DNA from: Perkinsus chesapeaki ATCC PRA-425
Lineage: Eukaryota; Protista; Perkinsozoa
Assembly: GCA_013115145.1 (NCBI GenBank)
Contig: JAAPAO010000107.1
Location: 1-64,000, forward strand
Length of the DNA stretch: 64,000 nucleotides
Direction of reading: 5' to 3'
Within the stretch, counting starts at the first letter, position 1. Every line of letters begins with the position of its first letter. Positions 59,311 to 64,000 of this stretch are shown here, piece after piece. The notes beneath the pieces are model-generated. The model did no database searches. It was not told the DNA's origin and saw only the letters and a list, made by a program, of their open reading frames with translations. The position numbers and the translations under genes are program-made.

Positions 59311-61055
59311 AATGAAGGAAGTGATCAAGGTGGGCCAATATGTCCTCTTCGCCCCATGATGGAGCTCCCGCGGTGGAGACCGGGGCCGGTAAATCGCATT
59401 GTGGTGAAGGTAAATCTCTAGGATAGCAGCTGTGAGGACGATGCGTGGTATGCACCTGCAAACCTTTGCATCCTACTAGCAGTCACTCCACTATGGAGCT
59501 GTCATACAAGTGTTCTCATCTATAGTGATGAGAACTGCTTTAATATGTCCCGGTTTCATCGTGTTGTTAGACCAGTTTATTTGCGCTGATGGAAGTCTTT
59601 ATGCTCCAGCGGGATTTACCAGCTCAGTTCTACCGTAATTGACTCGAATATTGTTGATTGTGCACGCCTTTTGTCGGCCGTCCGTCCGCGGCAGGGTGAG
59701 CTCTTCCCGATAAGCACTTTGCGGCACTCGCGAAGCCGAAGATCAAAGCCTCTGTGGCCGACTAACTAGATGACGTATTCAGGGAGCAGAATCGTGCGAA
59801 GGATCTGCACAACATAGGTCTAAGCAAAGTACATCAATAACGGTTGAGTTAACCGTGTTGTTGACCATCCAGATGCCTTTGCGGTTGACTTGTATAGAAC
59901 GAGCGTCGAGTTTTTTACAAGTCCTCATTACCAGTGAGCTAATAACAGTGACGCATCTGGCCCAGGAGGAGACGGTGCAGTTCTACTGGTGCTTCATAAC
60001 TAACCTTCTGATCGCTCCAAGAATCAGCGCAGAACACCTTGAAGCACTAACTAGCATGCTTATGGCTCGCAGGACATCTTTTTTGAATTCCATAGGCAAA
60101 TAACCGAAATTTAAATTGTTCACGCACTTGTTTCGGTCCATCGGAAACGTAGAGGAAACGGATGTGAGGCGTACACGCCACGTACTACGTGAAGGCATTC
60201 ACCGGTTCGAATAGAACGGAACCGTGAATGCTATGCTTAAGCAAGGATACCAGTGCCTCCATCTGAAGAGTGATTAACGTGTGATCTACTGTACCATGGC
60301 ATAGATTGATCTAGCTTTTCGTTACAATGATGCACTCTCTAGCGAAGAGCTCTCCCAAAGAGCCACGTACGAATGAAACTCCGCAGCAGGTAGGCTCAGA
60401 AGATAGTTTGTCAGTGTTCTATGGCAGATCAGGTATCCTCCACCACATCCAATGAACCTCACTCCTGGCTTTCCTTGGCTATACTACTTTGGCTCGATCA
60501 TGCCTACACGGGCATTTATGCGGTTGCTACTGGATGCCTCCTTGTTTACAAAAAAATCGACCGCGAGTAATTCATGATCCCGTCGTGGCGGCCTTGGAGC
60601 CTTGATGCTTGCTGCCAGGTCTCCGAACGATGGGACCTTCTTTCTTGAACTAATTCTGGCCCTAGTGGTGTATCCTGCCACGGAGCTTCTTCGGCTCCAC
60701 TGGGGTAAGCGAGCGTTAACTGGTAAATAGAAGAAGCTTCAGCTAGAAGCACTTTCTGGTCATGAGTCCTTCTATACCGGCGGTTTTGACGGGTCTCTCT
60801 TCATCGCGGCCTTTTAGGTTCTGTTGCCAACCTCATCGAATCTCCATTTACAACATGCACAGCTAATCTATGTGGTGTAGTTACAAGCTTGGTAGTTGGA
60901 TACTTTATAAGGCACCAATTCTTTATGTGAGGAAAATGCTCGCCGGGTTCACTGTCATTGCGCAAGCCGTAGAAGCTTACCTAGCTCAATGCCGGCTTTG
61001 AGAAATTCAATCGCGGCGCTGTAGGCGATCACGCTGATCGGTTTATGTAATCGTA

Positions 61056-61331
61056 ATGCGTTCGTTACAAGCCAGGTTTGACTCTCTCAGATTGGACGTG
61101 GATGTTATCCTAGGCTCGATAGCTTTAAGCTTAGCTGCAGCTGAGCTGCTCTTGGCCGTAATCACTGGATTCATCTTTTCTACGGTGCACTACAGCGAGT
61201 ACTCCGAACTGCTTTCTCCATTTTCAAACTTCTTCCTCAGGTATGGGAAGACTGGACCGATCCTCGTGACCCTTTCGGCAGCCCTCATGCTTGGCGCCAT
61301 GATTGTGATTGTATCTTTTGGTTCTGACTAA
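61056..61331 (+). CDS. Small two-helix membrane protein
   Basis: ATG-initiated 91-codon ORF with two long hydrophobic segments. Confidence 0.45.
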   Translation: MRSLQARFDSLRLDVDVILGSIALSLAAAELLLAVITGFIFSTVHYSEYSELLSPFSNFFLRYGKTGPILVTLSAALMLGAMIVIVSFGSD

Positions 61332-61645
61332 CTTTATTCCTCTTGTGTTAGTTATGAGTTCTCTGGGCACCAAACGCTAAGTCTGATAGTCGCACAGAGG
61401 CCTTCAGTTCTGTTAGCGGATCCTGCCTGCAGTAGGATCTCTTGACACTGGCTATAACCCCTTCGGTGAACAGTATAGTGGCAATCGCAGTATCAGTGTA
61501 AATCACTGTCGGCGAGCACACACAGATTGGTGAATCCAAGCAAGTTAATTTGTTTTATGAGCTCCCAAGCACGTTCAACCTGATAGTCGTTATATCTCTG
61601 CCGCCGCACTGCAATACTCAATAATAGCAACTCAAAAAGAAACCT

Positions 61646-62854
61646 TCATCCATTCGCGTCGTCACGGCGGTGCTGGAGTTCCAGTAAAGCATCTTTCCTG
61701 CACCGCGCGCATCTGCAAATGAAACCGTAGGCCTTCTTCAACTTGGATTGCCGCACGGCAAGCGGCAGGTGTTCGTCAATGTAGCTCTGGAGTACCTCTT
61801 CGCCTGCTCGGAGTTCGGCCAGTGCCGTCACTTGCAGAGCCCTCGAGCTTCCAAAAGATGCCTCGGCATTCGGCGAGCAAGAATGATTAGTTAGCGCCAC
61901 GCCCCGGTACAGACCGGAGCCGAGGAACTCGGGGAATGGTGTGAGGCTAGGAGCGTTCTCGTCGTCGTAGGGAACCAGCCTTCGTACTAAGTTCACAAGC
62001 CGGGACCACTCTGAGCTTTGTTGAAGAGCTTGGCCGTGTGGACACTGACCTGCTACTCGAAGTAGGTGAAGTGAGAAATGGTCATAGTTAATGAGCATGT
62101 CGTTAACTTCGAAGACTCTTAGCAATCGAGCGTACTGGTCAATCGTAAATTCATCGCGCAACTCAGCTAGTTCCGTCTCTGGTATAAGCTTCAAAATGAG
62201 CTCATGAGACCGCCGGATGCCCTCATCGATTTCGCCTCGCACGGGGCCAATAGCAAAGCAAATGAACTCTGAAAGGGCCCGTTCAGCCGTCCAGCTAAAC
62301 GTCTGCATTCGGTCTGCCATTACAGAGACCGCTTTCGCAGCCAACAAGAAGAACTCGTTGTGTTCCAATGCCAAAGTTTGTAGTTCATGACGGACCTTCG
62401 GATTGGAGCATAGTCGACCATGTGCTGGTTGGTCTAACCGCTGACAGTCTTCACTGCAGTACTGTGATTGGCCACACTTGCAGGGTAAGCCTGTGGGGTT
62501 TTGCTGCAAAGAGTCCAGCCAGACGATGTCGGGCACTATAGCGGGAAAGTCCTCCGCGAGCGACATGTCCTTCAGATCCAGAACGTGGTCAAAAGCATCG
62601 GCAAGGCCCCCAACGCTACAGAGGCAGTGCTCACAGCAGATCGCTCCACTGTAACGAGAGTAAGCAAACTGCATGGCCACGAGGGGATAGCTGTCCTCGT
62701 AGATGATGTCTCCCTTAGCGACCTCAGTTCGTGTGAAGATGCCTAGGCCGTGACAAACGGTTGATGTGCCGAGTGAAAGAGGTTCGTAGCTTTTAGGATG
62801 TTTTCTTTGCCACTCTTTGAAAAGATCGGACAGATCTTCGTGCTTCATCATCAA
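61646..62854 (-). CDS. SET and MYND domain lysine methyltransferase (SMYD, SMYD5-like), intronless
   Basis: HGLGIFT, CEHC..CKCGQSQYCSEDC..H...C (MYND), NHSCSPNA, SYIDE, YGFICRCARC (post-SET). Confidence 0.92.
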   Translation of the reverse strand: MMMKHEDLSDLFKEWQRKHPKSYEPLSLGTSTVCHGLGIFTRTEVAKGDIIYEDSYPLVAMQFAYSRYSGAICCEHCLCSVGGLADAFDHVLDLKDMSLAEDFPAIVPDIVWLDSLQQNPTGLPCKCGQSQYCSEDCQRLDQPAHGRLCSNPKVRHELQTLALEHNEFFLLAAKAVSVMADRMQTFSWTAERALSEFICFAIGPVRGEIDEGIRRSHELILKLIPETELAELRDEFTIDQYARLLRVFEVNDMLINYDHFSLHLLRVAGQCPHGQALQQSSEWSRLVNLVRRLVPYDDENAPSLTPFPEFLGSGLYRGVALTNHSCSPNAEASFGSSRALQVTALAELRAGEEVLQSYIDEHLPLAVRQSKLKKAYGFICRCARCRKDALLELQHRRDDANG

Positions 62855-63397
62855 TCAACTGTCGATGAACCTCATCAGGGAGACTAGTGGAACCCAACAT
62901 ACGAGAACAATACAACAGCCAATAATGCATGAACAGCTGAGAGGATATTCACTAATACAAATCCGAAAAATCTAAGCTCCAAGCGCGACTGTGACGTCCA
63001 CGCTTGGTGCCGATCTGCTGCATTAGAAGTAATGCCTTCTACTGCCACCCGATGCCGCTCCGAAAGACGTGTATCTGTCCAGGAACTACCAGCCTTTAAG
63101 CAATACTAACATACTGTGTATAATGCCCAGGCCCGGGGGTGACCTTCATATCGGTTGACTTGCCAGTACTGAAACAAGCGACGCTCTAAATCTTAGCAGT
63201 GCGAGTCTCCCACTGAGTGTTAAGGTAGCTCGCCTTGAGCGCTCCAAACCTCAGCTTCCGCAGTACCTGTGAAGTTTGTATCGATTATCCTACCGAAGTC
63301 TTCCTACCGTTTCTTGCTCTTGTGTACCAAAGCGGAAGTCTGGTGCTGAACTTAGGATATTGCGAGATGTTTGCACGACATCTTTGCTATCGCCGAT

Positions 63398-64000
63398 CTA
63401 CACAAGACGACGTTCCTCGGCATTTACCACTAGAAGCTGTACTCTGTTCTGTGCGTTCATTCCAGGGTTGAACTCTTGCGGTGTTCGGTACCGACCAGGC
63501 CCCGGCTGCTTGTTCTGGCGAGTAAGAACTTGCACCTGCCACCTGTCCATATCGATGGATTTCGCAAACGTACGCCAATTTCCCATAGCAAACGAATTTC
63601 ACGAGTTAGGCCTCAGAAATAGACAGAATTCCGGATCACTGTGTCCAGTCTTCACAGAGATCCAAATCGTGGGTAACACATGAGTAAATCAACCACTTCC
63701 TCACCCATGTGTCTCGATATCCTCCTCCTGTAGTATACTTTGTATTCTGTAAATGGTAGCCTGGTTTTTCCTGAGGCACATGTACGTCTAGTAAATTTCC
63801 CCATTTTTCCATCAGAACGGGCCTCTCCTGACTAACCTTATTAGAAGCATGTTTCGCTCCTCGTCCAACAGTAAACCGCGGCCCAGAGGTCAGAGTGAGA
63901 GCGTTTGCGTGCCAGCCTGCCTTCCAATCGCTCGACGGTGTAGAGTATGAGCGTCGCATTCAAAACGGGTTCTCTAAAAACAGCAGCTGGGACAAGTTGC
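63398..64000 (-). CDS. 3' exons of a possible PG-rich (SHIPPO/STPG-like) axonemal protein
   Basis: Exon translation NKQPGPGRYRTPQEF; coding-like minus-strand pieces continue to the window end. Confidence 0.35.

Noticed and set aside
59500-60830. Possible multi-exon minus-strand gene
   Set aside because: Some exon-like pieces are present but no coherent model or motif could be built by eye.

Overview
Eukaryotic, intron-rich window of about 47% GC with many short GT-AG introns and one 99-N assembly gap. Gene content and style suggest a Perkinsus-like alveolate (inference, not verified). In order: a 26-bp tandem repeat; a membrane-anchored aspartic protease; an NPL4 gene whose halves are about 4.3 kb apart, with opposite-strand genes and the gap between them; a multi-exon kinesin-2 accessory subunit (KAP3); three tandem 2-TM RING-H2 ligases; a class I phosphodiesterase with an N-terminal dimerisation/docking-like motif; an IKS1-like kinase; a HEAT-like protein; and a multi-TM RING-H2 ligase. 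A dispersed array of six intronless thermitase-like subtilisins (one truncated) brackets a TMTC O-mannosyltransferase and a UBIAD1/MenA prenyltransferase. The window ends with a SMYD-type SET-MYND protein and a PGPG-repeat protein. No rRNA, tRNA or CRISPR array was recognised. The most striking observations are that the subtilisins appear to lack a propeptide and all replace the oxidation-sensitive Met after the catalytic Ser, and that two otherwise divergent GC-rich E3 genes share a nearly identical 30%-GC RING cassette. Boundaries of multi-exon genes were read by eye and are approximate.
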